Notes: generated from the letters alone by a model not told the origin. 64,000 bases of DNA from Proteobacteria bacterium ST_bin12 (GCA_002083635.1 MSXP01000005.1:344592-408591), one strand, 5' to 3'; shown: positions 46,893-57,816, numbered from the stretch's first letter. Numbers and translations: made by a program.

Positions 46893-47468
46893 TTAATGCA
46901 GTATCTTTTTTTCATCTACCTGAATAGTAATCGGGCTTTGCACTGGCGCAACCGCTGTTGCATTAATCGCCCAACCCGCCTCTTTTGTGGCCAGTTGCAA
47001 CATATTACACATAGCTAAAGTGAGCTCTGGGTTTAAGTTGATGCGCACCGAAATGCCCTCTAAACAAGGCAACTCCAAACTGGGCTGTTGATTGCCAGCA
47101 CGAATTAGTAAAGCATTTACCGCCAACATTGCGCCATCATTGCGCACCTCTGGGCGAGGCTGATATTCGGTTTTAAAATCCATTTTCTGCAAAGCATCAG
47201 CTGCTTGCATTTCTTGTTTAAATTGCTCCACGGCTTTCTCTGGTGGCGTTTCTGCTTGAATGGAATCTGCCGTTGGCAAGTGCGCCTCGCCTGTCAGCAA
47301 TGTCCACAATAATTGCGTAATACGGCTGGTTAACCAAACCAATAGTTCAGTGTTATCACTAAGCCCAACGCGAAAAAGCAGACGGTCTTGCTCGGCGTTG
47401 TAGCCCAAATTAATTTGCTGTATGGCTGCCACTTGCTGATGCGCAATTGGCTCTGTTTTTGATGTCAA
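46893..47468 (-). CDS. hypothetical protein
   Basis: 191 aa soluble protein with no recognised motif. Confidence 0.5.
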   Translation of the reverse strand: MTSKTEPIAHQQVAAIQQINLGYNAEQDRLLFRVGLSDNTELLVWLTSRITQLLWTLLTGEAHLPTADSIQAETPPEKAVEQFKQEMQAADALQKMDFKTEYQPRPEVRNDGAMLAVNALLIRAGNQQPSLELPCLEGISVRINLNPELTLAMCNMLQLATKEAGWAINATAVAPVQSPITIQVDEKKILH

Positions 47469-47511
47469 AATAATCTTTCTAAAATTTTTTTATACTTAAT
47501 GCATAAAAACG

Positions 47512-47540
47512 CTTGAAAAAAACAAACCTAATCGCAATAT
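47512..47540 (+). promoter_or_regulatory. candidate sigma-32 (RpoH) promoter of groESL
   Basis: CTTGAAA (47512-47518), 14-nt spacer, CGCAATAT (47533-47540), compared with the consensus CTTGAAA...CCCCATNT. Confidence 0.4.
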
Positions 47541-47566
47541 TAGCAATCAAGGCATGCGAGTGCTAA
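47540..47566 (+). promoter_or_regulatory. CIRCE element (HrcA operator)
   Basis: TTAGCAATC-N9-GAGTGCTAA has one mismatch to the TTAGCACTC-N9-GAGTGCTAA consensus and lies about 80 nt upstream of groES. Confidence 0.85.
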
Positions 47567-47647
47567 AATATTGCATTGCCTATGCAATTTTATCAACTTT
47601 ATACTTTGTTCACATGAAACAAAAGCATAACCATTAGGAGAAATTGA

Positions 47648-47935
47648 ATGAAAATTCGTCCATTACACGATCGCGTGATTGTAAAACGCTCTGAAGAAGA
47701 ACGCACAACAGCATCTGGCATTGTCATCCCTGATTCTGCCACAGAAAAACCAGATCAAGGTGTAGTGCAAGCAGTGGGTAACGGTAAACGTGATGACAGC
47801 GGCAAAATCAATGCATTAGACGTTAAAGTTGGCGACAAAGTTTTATTCGGCAAATACGCTGGCCAAACCGTAAAAGTTGACGGCGAAGAGCTGCTAGTGA
47901 TGCGCGAAGAAGACATCATGGCGATTGTTGAATAG
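47648..47935 (+). CDS. groES: co-chaperonin GroES
   Basis: 95 aa. Contains [14 protein letters not shown] and [15 protein letters not shown]. Confidence 0.97.
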   Translation: MKIRPLHDRVIVKRSEEERTTASGIVIPDSATEKPDQGVVQAVGNGKRDDSGKINALDVKVGDKVLFGKYAGQTVKVDGEELLVMREEDIMAIVE

Positions 47936-47981
47936 TTTAGTATTTAATTAAATATTTTTATTTATTAATTTTTAATAGTAA

Positions 47982-48104
47982 GCAAAACATCCGAGCGATT
48001 GAATAAGTAGGCGCAGAAAAGCTTAAAAGCCGGAGTTTACAAATAGTAAATGAGGATTTTTAAGCTTTGAATGCAACACCCTTATTCAGAGCGAAATGTT
48101 TTGC
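47982..48104 (+). repeat. extended imperfect hairpin element, family copy B, inside the groES-groEL spacer
   Basis: Paired arms are GCAAAACAT/ATGTTTTGC, TGAATAAG/CTTATTCA and AAAGCTTAAAA/TTTTAAGCTTT. The apex is TTTAC-AAATA-GTAAA, flanked by AGGCGCA (48009-48015) and TGCAACACC (48072-48080). Confidence 0.6.
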
Positions 48105-48112
48105 CACAATAG

Positions 48113-49765
<1,653 letters not shown>

Positions 49766-49784
49766 TTCCATTCCTCACTTCTTC

Positions 49785-49873
49785 GGTGATGCGTTGTTGG
49801 TTTCATTATTTTTTCCTTGCCGTACTTAACGTACTGTCTGCGTCAAAAAATGATTTCACCGCCTAGCCTCACC
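49785..49873 (-). repeat. extended imperfect hairpin element, family copy C (inverted orientation), in the groEL 3' region
   Basis: Reverse strand reads GGTGAGGCTAGGCGGTGAAATCATTTTTTGACGCAGACAGTAC-GTTAA-GTACGGCAAGGAAAAAATAATGAAACCAACAACGCATCACC. T6/A6 arms pair, outer GGTGA/TCACC pair. Confidence 0.5.
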
Positions 49874-49914
49874 ATCGAATTGAAGCTGGAATGCGATCAG
49901 TAGCATTCAAAAAC

Positions 49915-49940
49915 AAAACCTCGCTTCGGCGAGGTTTTTT
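49915..49940 (+). terminator. groESL intrinsic terminator
   Basis: AAAACCTCGC-TTCG-GCGAGGTTTTTT (GC stem, tetraloop, T6). Confidence 0.9.
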
Positions 49941-50037
49941 ATTATTTCTTCTAGATTATTATATAGTCAAAAAACTTAACACTACTTGCTTTCTGGAATA
50001 ACAAAATCCATAATCGCTAAAATAGGATTTCAAAAAA

Positions 50038-50307
50038 ATGAAAAAAATTTTACTGACTGGCCATGAGTTAGTTGAGCGCGCTGCCCAGCTCGGCGTATCA
50101 ATATATCGCGATGATGCAAATGTACCAATTGGCACCAATCCAATTATGGCTCCTGTAGTTTCTGAATATGAGATTCAGCGTCGAGTTATAGAAGCAGAAA
50201 GGCATATCAGCGAGCACAAACTTTGGATTATTGCTGTTATTTCAACAGCAATTGCTCTCATCAGTGCATTTGCAGCTTGGGCTGCGGTAATAAGTAAGTC
50301 CTGTTAA
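50038..50307 (+). CDS. hypothetical tail-anchored small membrane protein
   Basis: 89 aa. A soluble helical N-terminus is followed by one C-terminal TM segment (LWIIAVISTAIALISAFAAWAAVI). The locus is AT-rich. Confidence 0.5.
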   Translation: MKKILLTGHELVERAAQLGVSIYRDDANVPIGTNPIMAPVVSEYEIQRRVIEAERHISEHKLWIIAVISTAIALISAFAAWAAVISKSC

Positions 50308-50327
50308 TTACTGAACTGGAGAAAATC

Positions 50328-50759
50328 TTGAATGGTTGGAAGAGAATTGGTGTGGTACTGTCAGTAATATGGGCTTTGATGGTCATTACATATGCTATTT
50401 ATGAATACTCCAAGTTTCCACTAGAGCCATTTACTACTTACCTAAGTCCCCCAGATTCTGTAACCAACGAACAAGCTAAGAATTTTTATTTTGTTGTCAT
50501 TCGCGGAGAATCTGGACTGGAGGCAAAATCCAGTGCTGAACTCGCCTTATACGAAGAGCTGATTCGCGTGGCTCCAACTGAATCTGATCGTCAGTTACAA
50601 ATTGCAGCACGCGACCTTACTGAGTATTCTTCTGGTGTAGCTTGGATGACTTTTTTAATGTCTATTCTATTACCAGTTGGACTAATTTGGGGACTAAGTT
50701 TAGCTGGCTACCGCATACTATTATGGATACGTAAAGGCTTCAATAACGAGCAAGCGTAG
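50328..50759 (+). CDS. hypothetical membrane protein (N-terminal TM, two C-terminal TM)
   Basis: 143 aa with a TTG start 6 nt after GGAG. No recognised motif. Confidence 0.5.
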   Translation: MNGWKRIGVVLSVIWALMVITYAIYEYSKFPLEPFTTYLSPPDSVTNEQAKNFYFVVIRGESGLEAKSSAELALYEELIRVAPTESDRQLQIAARDLTEYSSGVAWMTFLMSILLPVGLIWGLSLAGYRILLWIRKGFNNEQA

Positions 50760-50763
50760 TAGG

Positions 50764-50783
50764 GTGGGTCACTTGTGACCCAC
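50764..50783 (+). terminator. stem-loop, possible terminator of the two-gene membrane module
   Basis: GTGGGTCAC-TT-GTGACCCAC, with only a distant T-run. A related GCGTGGGT word recurs at 50812-50819. Confidence 0.3.
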
Positions 50784-50846
50784 GCATTGCAATTTTCAAT
50801 ATTCCACATCCGCGTGGGTTCGAGAACTCACCTTACGAAAATATAT

Positions 50847-50875
50847 TTGACACGCATATTGAATACGCATATAGT
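50847..50875 (+). promoter_or_regulatory. sigma-70 promoter with ACGCATAT repeats (likely CcdA/CcdB operator)
   Basis: TTGACA (50847-50852), 17-nt spacer, TATAGT (50870-50875). ACGCATAT is repeated inside the spacer, with TGCGCATA downstream. Confidence 0.6.
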
Positions 50876-50901
50876 TTGCGCATAAAAGTGAGGTACACAA
50901 T

Positions 50902-51147
50902 ATGCAAATTAGTTACGACACAGAAGCCCCTAAACGCGCCAAAAATTTGAGTATTAATGGTGATTTATTGAACCAAGCACGCGCGCTGAATATCAATTTA
51001 TCTGCCACTTTTGAAAAAATGCTAGCAGATTTGGTTAAAACCAAGCATCAGCAAGCTTGGTTGGCAGAAAATCAGCAGGCAATTGATGCTTATAATCAAC
51101 AAGCAGATGCAAACGGTATATTTAGCGATACTTTGCGGGTATTTTAA
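50902..51147 (+). CDS. ccdA: type II antitoxin, CcdA family
   Basis: 81 aa. Contains KRAKNLSINGDLLNQARALNINLSATFEKML and WLAENQQAIDAYN. It overlaps the CcdB-like gene by 1 nt. Confidence 0.8.
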   Translation: MQISYDTEAPKRAKNLSINGDLLNQARALNINLSATFEKMLADLVKTKHQQAWLAENQQAIDAYNQQADANGIFSDTLRVF

Positions 51148-51464
51148 TGGCGCAATTTAGTGTGTATCACAATAAAAATAAAGCGACACAAGCACGCTAT
51201 CCATTGTTACTTAACATTCAAAATGATTTGCTCGCCAGCATGCAAACCTGTGTTGTAGTGCCGCTGACCAAAGTAGATATTATGGCGCACAGTCCTTTGA
51301 GCAGGCTCACTCCAATCTTACCTGTGCAAGGACAAAACTATTGCATGATGACGCCTCAACTTGCAGGTATTCATAAGCGTGAATTAGGTGCCGAAGTTGA
51401 AGTACTGACTGCGTATCAGCACGATATTATCGCCGCAGTCGATTTCTTGCTAAGCGGTGTGTAA
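51147..51464 (+). CDS. ccdB: type II toxin, CcdB family (gyrase poison)
   Basis: 105 aa. MAQFSVYHNKNKATQARYPLLLNIQNDLL...VVPL...MMT parallels CcdB [25 protein letters not shown]...VIPL...MMT. Confidence 0.85.
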   Translation: MAQFSVYHNKNKATQARYPLLLNIQNDLLASMQTCVVVPLTKVDIMAHSPLSRLTPILPVQGQNYCMMTPQLAGIHKRELGAEVEVLTAYQHDIIAAVDFLLSGV

Positions 51465-51516
51465 TCAATTAAAAGCGTATGTTTTGTAGATACCGTTATA
51501 GATTAAAGTTGTTTTG

Positions 51517-52200
51517 ATGACACAACAAAAACCTGGTCAACTTCATTCTACATGGCTTGCAGTCATTGGCGATGAGCTTGAAAAGCCTTATATGCAGGCA
51601 TTGCGGCATTTTCTGAAAGCCGAAAAAGCGGCTGGTAAGGTGATTTTTCCGCCTAGCCCTTTGATTTTTAATGCATTTAATCACACGCCTTTTGAACAAG
51701 TGCGGGTGGTGATTATTGGGCAAGATCCTTATCACGGGCCTAATCAAGCGCATGGACTCAGTTTTTCGGTGCCAAATGGCGTTGCATTGCCACCCTCTTT
51801 AATGAATATTTTTAAAGAAATTTCGACTGATTTGGGCGTTAAGATAAGTCGAAATGGAGATTTAACGCCTTGGGCAAACCAAGGTGTATTGCTGTTAAAT
51901 GCAACATTAACTGTAGAACAAAGTAATGCGGGTTCGCATCAGGGCAAAGGGTGGGAAGCGTTTACTGATGCGGCGATTACGGCATTAAACGCGCATCGTG
52001 AAGGTTTGGTGTTTGTGTTATGGGGCAGCTATGCGCAGAAAAAAGGGGCATTTATTGATGAAAGCAAACATTTGGTTTTAAAATCGGTACACCCATCACC
52101 ACTATCCGCACATCGTGGTTTTTTTGGCAATCGCCAGTTCTCTAGCATTAACCAATATCTGATTCAGCAAGGCCAAACGCCGATTAATTGGCAGATTTAA
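51517..52200 (+). CDS. ung: uracil-DNA glycosylase (family 1)
   Basis: Contains [31 protein letters not shown] and HPSPLSA. ATG 51517 is preferred over TTG 51514. Confidence 0.9.
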   Translation: MTQQKPGQLHSTWLAVIGDELEKPYMQALRHFLKAEKAAGKVIFPPSPLIFNAFNHTPFEQVRVVIIGQDPYHGPNQAHGLSFSVPNGVALPPSLMNIFKEISTDLGVKISRNGDLTPWANQGVLLLNATLTVEQSNAGSHQGKGWEAFTDAAITALNAHREGLVFVLWGSYAQKKGAFIDESKHLVLKSVHPSPLSAHRGFFGNRQFSSINQYLIQQGQTPINWQI

Positions 52201-52365
52201 GGTTTTAACCTTTTTTAATCTGTTAACTATTATTTTTAGGCAAATTTTAGGGGTTAACTTAACCCTTAAAAACACCCAATAACTCAGTTACTATCATAAA
52301 TTGCTTGCTATGCAGTTACAACTTCTTTACACTTTGCATCAGTTAGTTACAAACTAACGCAAGTC

Positions 52366-52535
52366 AAAAAAAACCCCTATTAAGGGGAATAAATCGGGGT
52401 AAAAGGCCTCATTGTCTAAGGCTTCCGCTCAGGGAGGAAAGAAGCGGAAAGAAAACTAAGCGTCAACTTAGCTTTCATGGTAATTCTGACTAAGGCTTAT
52501 TCGCTTAGTTCCAAGTTTTTGAGACTTTTTTCTGC
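52366..52535 (-). ncRNA. candidate small RNA (strand and 5' end tentative)
   Basis: The minus strand ends in CCCCT-TAAT-AGGGG plus T8 (52366-52387). Upstream is the hairpin TTCCGCT/AGCGGAA (52423-52449), whose minus-strand loop reads TCTTTCCTCCCTG (anti-SD-like). Two further CTAAG/CTTAG hairpins follow. No promoter was identified. Confidence 0.3.
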
Positions 52536-52570
52536 CGCAACAAGCCAGTCAGCCATGCGATAATAGCAAT

Positions 52571-54775
52571 ATGCATACTCAAGATTCACTTCTCACTGGC
52601 CTAAATAACAAACAATTAGAAGCCGTCACACTGCCGCATCAATCTGCACTTATTTTGGCGGGCGCTGGCAGCGGTAAAACGCGCGTACTCACAACTCGCA
52701 TTGCTTGGTTGATTCAAACAGGGCAGATTTCGCCCATGGGTTTGATGGCGGTGACGTTTACCAATAAAGCCGCCAAAGAGATGCTGACGCGTTTGACCGC
52801 CATGTTGCCGATTAATACGCGCGGCATGTGGGCTGGCACTTTTCATGGGCTGTGTAATCGCCTGTTGCGCGCGCATCATCGAGAAGCGGGTTTGCCCTCT
52901 ACGTTTCAAATTTTAGATACGGCCGACCAATTAAGTAGCATTAAGCGCTTAATGAAGTTGATGAATATAGACGATGAAAAATACGCCCCCAAGCAAGTGC
53001 AAGGCTATATTAATAGCTGCAAAGAAGAAGGTTTAAGGGCGAACAAAGTAGATGCTTACGACGGCCACAGCCAAAAACTGTGTGAGATTTATGAAGAATA
53101 CGATAAGCAATGCAACCGCGAAGGCGTGGCGGATTTTGCTGAATTATTATTACGTTGTTATGAACTATTAAATCGTGATGAGCGCATTCGCAATCATTAC
53201 CAAAGCCGCTTTCAATATATCTTGGTCGATGAGTTTCAAGATACCAATAAGCTGCAATATCAATGGCTTAAGTTGCTGGCAGGTAAAGAGAATTGCTTAT
53301 TTGCAGTGGGTGATGATGACCAATCGATTTATGGTTTTCGCGGTGCGCGTGTGGGCAATATGCGCGACTTTGAAACCGATTTTAATGTACAAAATATCGT
53401 TAAGTTAGAAGAAAATTATCGCAGCCATAGCAATATCCTGGATGCTGCCAATGCCATCATCTCGCACAACAAAAACCGTCTTGGTAAGAATTTATGGACT
53501 TCGGCAGGCGCAGGTGAGCCTGTGAGGATTTATGAAGCCTATAACGATAATGATGAGGCGCAGTTTATCGTCGATGAAGTGAAAATGCTGCAAAGCGAAG
53601 GCACGCCGCTGGCGGATATGGCCTTACTGTATCGTAGCAATGCGCAATCGCGTGTGTTGGAACATGCCTTATTTTCCGCCAACCTACCTTACCGCGTATA
53701 TGGCGGTTTACGTTTTTTTGAACGTGCCGAAGTAAAACATGCGCTGGCTTATATGCGATTAATGGCCAACGCCAATGATGACACGGCTTTGTTGCGCGTG
53801 ATTAATTTTCCTGCGCGTGGAATAGGCGCGCGCAGCCTTGAGCAATTGCAAGAAGGCGCGCGCCAAAACGACTGCAGTTTATGGCAAGCGGCATTAAATA
53901 AAGTGGGTAATGGCGCCTCTTCTACCCGCGGTGGTGACCGCGCAGGCGGCAAAGGTCTAGAAAGCTTTGTACATTTAATCCGCGAAATGACAGACCAAGC
54001 TTATGGCATCACATTGCCAGAAGTGGCTGAGCTAGCCACCACTTTTTCTGGCTTAAAAGCGCACTACCAAAATGACAAAGATGGTGAAGACCGTATTGAA
54101 AACTTGGAAGAATTGGTCACCGCCGCGGTTGCCTTTACCAATCAATCTTTTGGCAACCATAACAATGTGGATGGCGACACTGAACAAGATTTGATGACAC
54201 AATTCTTAACGCATGCGAGTTTAGAAGCAGGCGACCATCAAGCGACGATTGGCTACGATGCGCTGCAATTAATGACGGTGCATGCCGCCAAAGGCTTGGA
54301 ATTTAAAGCAGTTTTTATTAGCGGCTTAGAAGAAGGCCTTTGCCCGCATGAAAATAGCCTAAGCGAAAATAATGGTTTAGAAGAGGAGCGGCGCTTAATG
54401 TATGTGGCGGTAACGCGCGCGCGCCAACGCTTATATTTAAGTCATGCGCAAAGCCGCATGCTTCATGGCCAAGTGCGTTATGGCATTCCATCGCGCTTTT
54501 TAGATGAGATTCCAGAAGGTTTGTTAAAACGGCTCAATAGTAAACCGATGGCAAGGTCTGGCAGCAATTATGCTGAAAGTTACGCTGCACCAGCAGCGCA
54601 AAACACCAATAACTACCCCTACAAAATTGGCCAAGGTGTGCGTCATAACAAATTTGGCGAAGGTGTTGTGGTGAGCTATGAAGGCAATGCCGCTAACTTG
54701 GTAATTAAAATCAACTTTGGTAGCAACGGCTTAAAAACTTTGGCGATGGAATACGCTAAATTAGAAAAAATTTAG
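52571..54775 (+). CDS. uvrD: DNA helicase II (UvrD)
   Basis: 734 aa SF1 helicase. Contains AGAGSGKTRVLTTRIA, VDEFQDTN, YRSN and VHAAKGLEF. Confidence 0.88.
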   Translation: MHTQDSLLTGLNNKQLEAVTLPHQSALILAGAGSGKTRVLTTRIAWLIQTGQISPMGLMAVTFTNKAAKEMLTRLTAMLPINTRGMWAGTFHGLCNRLLRAHHREAGLPSTFQILDTADQLSSIKRLMKLMNIDDEKYAPKQVQGYINSCKEEGLRANKVDAYDGHSQKLCEIYEEYDKQCNREGVADFAELLLRCYELLNRDERIRNHYQSRFQYILVDEFQDTNKLQYQWLKLLAGKENCLFAVGDDDQSIYGFRGARVGNMRDFETDFNVQNIVKLEENYRSHSNILDAANAIISHNKNRLGKNLWTSAGAGEPVRIYEAYNDNDEAQFIVDEVKMLQSEGTPLADMALLYRSNAQSRVLEHALFSANLPYRVYGGLRFFERAEVKHALAYMRLMANANDDTALLRVINFPARGIGARSLEQLQEGARQNDCSLWQAALNKVGNGASSTRGGDRAGGKGLESFVHLIREMTDQAYGITLPEVAELATTFSGLKAHYQNDKDGEDRIENLEELVTAAVAFTNQSFGNHNNVDGDTEQDLMTQFLTHASLEAGDHQATIGYDALQLMTVHAAKGLEFKAVFISGLEEGLCPHENSLSENNGLEEERRLMYVAVTRARQRLYLSHAQSRMLHGQVRYGIPSRFLDEIPEGLLKRLNSKPMARSGSNYAESYAAPAAQNTNNYPYKIGQGVRHNKFGEGVVVSYEGNAANLVIKINFGSNGLKTLAMEYAKLEKI

Positions 54776-54787
54776 CGTTAATCTAAT

Positions 54788-55585
54788 TTAGGCCTTATCA
54801 ACACCAGCTGCGCGAAATACATCACGGTAGCTCACATATTGAAACGCTAGCATTAAAGTCGTTGCCAATAACAAGCATCCAAACACCAATAATGAAGTGA
54901 GCATTTGGCCAAGCAATGGCACAAGGCTACCGATAATACCAACCACAATACCTACTGCTAACATGGCGCCAACAATGCCCGCTGTTAGCAATAACCAAGA
55001 CGCGCCTAAAGCAATCATATATTGCAATGAGCCTGCAATGCTGGATTTAATGGCTTTAACTACGCTGTAGTTATTAAACGCAATCAACATTGGCGAAAAC
55101 CAAGTCGCCATCATTAGCGGTATCAGCATTAAGCTTAATTTAAGCAGCAAAGGAATCATCGCTTGCATCATTTGCATAGCTTGCGATTCGGTCATTTCGG
55201 CTTTGCCTTGCGTGAATTTAAGCAAGCCTTCAATATCGCTATTTAAAATAAAGCTCACCACAATGCCATACAGCAAACATATGCCACCCAGCGCCATTAG
55301 CATGGGGATTTTAGGTTTAATCAACTGAATCACTTCGCTCACCGTTTGCTGTTTTTGCATATCTGCATTGCGATATAGCGCGATAGCGATTGCCAAAAAC
55401 ACTGGCCACAATAAAATTGAGAAAAAGGCAAAAAACTGCAAACCAGGCACAGATGGCAACATCATAAATAGCCCCACATAAGCCAAGCCCAGCAACAGCC
55501 ATTTACGCGGGCCAGTTTTAAACAATGCCACGCTTTCTTTTACCCAACTGATGCCTGTTTTAGTACGCGATTCTAAGATTGCCAT
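54788..55585 (-). CDS. polytopic integral membrane protein of unknown function
   Basis: 265 aa with about 6 TM segments and no catalytic motif recognised. Confidence 0.55.
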   Translation of the reverse strand: MAILESRTKTGISWVKESVALFKTGPRKWLLLGLAYVGLFMMLPSVPGLQFFAFFSILLWPVFLAIAIALYRNADMQKQQTVSEVIQLIKPKIPMLMALGGICLLYGIVVSFILNSDIEGLLKFTQGKAEMTESQAMQMMQAMIPLLLKLSLMLIPLMMATWFSPMLIAFNNYSVVKAIKSSIAGSLQYMIALGASWLLLTAGIVGAMLAVGIVVGIIGSLVPLLGQMLTSLLVFGCLLLATTLMLAFQYVSYRDVFRAAGVDKA

Positions 55586-55602
55586 GATGATTTCCTTTGC
55601 GA

Positions 55603-56550
55603 CTATTTAGATGAGGCCGCAATATGTTGCTGTAATATGTTTTTAAAATGATTAGGGTCTTTGGTGTGCGTTAATGCGCCATCGGCAGGGTAATAAAAAT
55701 CGTATAAGCGCGATAACCAAAAGCGCAATGCAGCACGGCGCAATAATGTTGGCCAAAGTTGCTGCTCTGCCTCTGTAAAGGGTTTTACACGTTGATATTC
55801 GGCCAAGAAATGGTTTAACTTTTCATGGTCGATATTGCCTAAATCGCTACCATTATGGTGCAGGCACCATTCGTTTACCGCAATCGCCACGTCATATGCC
55901 AACACATCGTTACAGGCATAATAAAAATCGATAAAGCCGCCTAATTGCGCATCGTCAAACAATACATTGTCGCGAAACAAATCGCCATGCACCACACCGC
56001 GCGGCAAATCACTGGTATCAATGCTTAATTGGTACGCCAACTCGGTTTTAAGTAATTCGCTATCCGCCGTAATCGCTATTTTGGGCAGCACTTGCTGTGC
56101 TGTTTTAACAAACCAATCTTGCCCGCGTTGGTTATGCCCTTGCTGATTAAATTGCTGACCTGCTACATGCATATTGGCTAATGTAGTTGCCACCTGACCC
56201 AGTTGCGCTAAATCGGGTGTAGCAATATCTTTGCCTTTAAGGCAACTGACCATTAAGGCAGGCTTGTTTTTGAGTAAATGCAAAGCAACGCCATTTTTAT
56301 CTAAAATCGGTGCTGGGCAAAGTATGCCGTGTTGCGCTAAATGCGCCATTAAATCGACAAAATAAGGTAACTCTTCTAAAGTATTTTTCTCGAAAATAGT
56401 GAGAACATAGCGATTATTTTGGGTAATCACAAAGTAATTAGTGTTGGTAATACCAGCGGCAATGCCTCTTAGCTCTACAATTTCATCAAGCTCAAAATCG
56501 CGCAACCAAGTGCTTACTTCTTCTAAATTAAGGGTGGTAAAAACAGACAT
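55603..56550 (-). CDS. thrB: homoserine kinase (APH-fold, Pseudomonas-type ThrB)
   Basis: 315 aa. Contains GIAAGITNTNYFV and VVHGDLFRDNVLF. Confidence 0.85.
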   Translation of the reverse strand: MSVFTTLNLEEVSTWLRDFELDEIVELRGIAAGITNTNYFVITQNNRYVLTIFEKNTLEELPYFVDLMAHLAQHGILCPAPILDKNGVALHLLKNKPALMVSCLKGKDIATPDLAQLGQVATTLANMHVAGQQFNQQGHNQRGQDWFVKTAQQVLPKIAITADSELLKTELAYQLSIDTSDLPRGVVHGDLFRDNVLFDDAQLGGFIDFYYACNDVLAYDVAIAVNEWCLHHNGSDLGNIDHEKLNHFLAEYQRVKPFTEAEQQLWPTLLRRAALRFWLSRLYDFYYPADGALTHTKDPNHFKNILQQHIAASSK

Positions 56551-56626
56551 TTCGCTCTACATAAAAATTAAGAGGGCTATGCCCTCCTAACATATCATTA
56601 AATATGGATCACACAAACATGACAAA

Positions 56627-57004
56627 CTAAAATCTAAAGATAATCCATTTGGGCACACTTAATGGTGGATTTGGCCCAATATTTACCCAGCCGCCATTTG
56701 AATCTTCTTTATGCAAATAATAAGGCACGCCATGCTCGGGCGTTACTTTCATCATATATATCTCACCATTGATACGATATTCCTCAATCGTTTCTGCGCC
56801 TTTCTTGCGAATGGTGATTTGAGGCTCCAAAGCAGGGTCTTCTAAAGCTTCACCATCAATCACTTTTGGTGGCGGTTGCACTTGCTCTAGCAATTCTAAA
56901 TCATTGGGTTGCGCGGCAGAGCTTATACTGGCGGCAAGTGACAGTGACATAGCAACAACTAGCAATGTGGTTAATTTGATGTTTTGCTTCAATGTACTTT
57001 TCAT
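56627..57004 (-). CDS. secreted small protein, DUF2782-like
   Basis: 125 aa with a signal peptide. Its position between thrB and polA matches the neighbourhood I recall for DUF2782 in pseudomonads. Assigned from memory only. Confidence 0.5.
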   Translation of the reverse strand: MKSTLKQNIKLTTLLVVAMSLSLAASISSAAQPNDLELLEQVQPPPKVIDGEALEDPALEPQITIRKKGAETIEEYRINGEIYMMKVTPEHGVPYYLHKEDSNGGWVNIGPNPPLSVPKWIIFRF

Positions 57005-57093
57005 TGCTGTGCTTTCTATGTTGCTGCTAGTTAAATTGAATTAATTCATTCTAACAAAAGCCCGCTAAAAAAACAGGATAAAACAGTTGTTGC

Positions 57094-57816
57094 TTATAAA
57101 TATAGCTGAATTTTGCGCTCGGCTGGGGTTAGCTCAAATCCTGTTAATTCATAATGTTTAAATATCGCCTCAACAATTTCTTTAGGCTCGTCAATCATTT
57201 GAATCAAATCCATATCTTGTGGAGATGCCATGCCTTCTAACACCAACGTATTTTTCAGCCAATCCACCAAGCCCGCCCAAAAATCCTTGCACACTAAAAT
57301 AATCGGAATTTTGCGCGATTTACCCGTTTGCACCAGCGTAATTGCCTCCATCAATTCATCCAATGTGCCAAAACCACCTGGCATCACCACGTAAGCGCTG
57401 GCGTATTTCACAAACATCACTTTGCGCATAAAAAAGTATTTAAAGCTAATATCAATATCCTGAAAAGGATTCCCACTTTGCTCAAAAGGTAACTGAATAT
57501 TTAAACCTACACTTGGGCCAATACCGGCAAAAGCGCCTTTATTCGCGGCTTCCATAATGCCTGGCCCACCGCCAGAAATCACGCTAAATCCTGCATCCGA
57601 TAATAATCGAGCGATTTCTTCGGTTAACTGATAGTAAGGATGCTCAGGCTTGGTGCGCGCGCTACCAAAAATAGAAACCGCAGGCGTAATTTCTTTTAAC
57701 TTTTCGGTAGCAGACACAAATTCTGCCATAATCTCAAAAGCATGCCAGGCTTCAGTTTCTGTGCTTGCGCCATTCAGTAACTCGGGTTCGGTTATTTGTG
57801 GTAATTTTTTAATCAT
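57094..57816 (-). CDS. LOG-family (TIGR00730) Rossmann-fold nucleotide-binding protein
   Basis: 240 aa. Contains SGGGPGIMEAAN and PGGFGTLDEL. Confidence 0.8.
   Translation of the reverse strand: MIKKLPQITEPELLNGASTETEAWHAFEIMAEFVSATEKLKEITPAVSIFGSARTKPEHPYYQLTEEIARLLSDAGFSVISGGGPGIMEAANKGAFAGIGPSVGLNIQLPFEQSGNPFQDIDISFKYFFMRKVMFVKYASAYVVMPGGFGTLDELMEAITLVQTGKSRKIPIILVCKDFWAGLVDWLKNTLVLEGMASPQDMDLIQMIDEPKEIVEAIFKHYELTGFELTPAERKIQLYL

Noticed and set aside
50805-50840. GCGTGGGTTCGAGAACTCACC looked like the T-arm and 3' end of a tRNA, which could be an att site marking the islet border.
   Set aside because: The would-be T-stem (GTGGG / ACTCAC) does not pair. There is no acceptor complement, and no matching direct repeat at the other end of the islet.
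52430-52520. GGGAGG in the plus-strand hairpin loop read as an RBS for a small ORF (ATG 52476, 15 codons).
   Set aside because: The ATG is about 40 nt from the GGGAGG, and the ORF is tiny with no supporting features. The structure is better explained as RNA-level.
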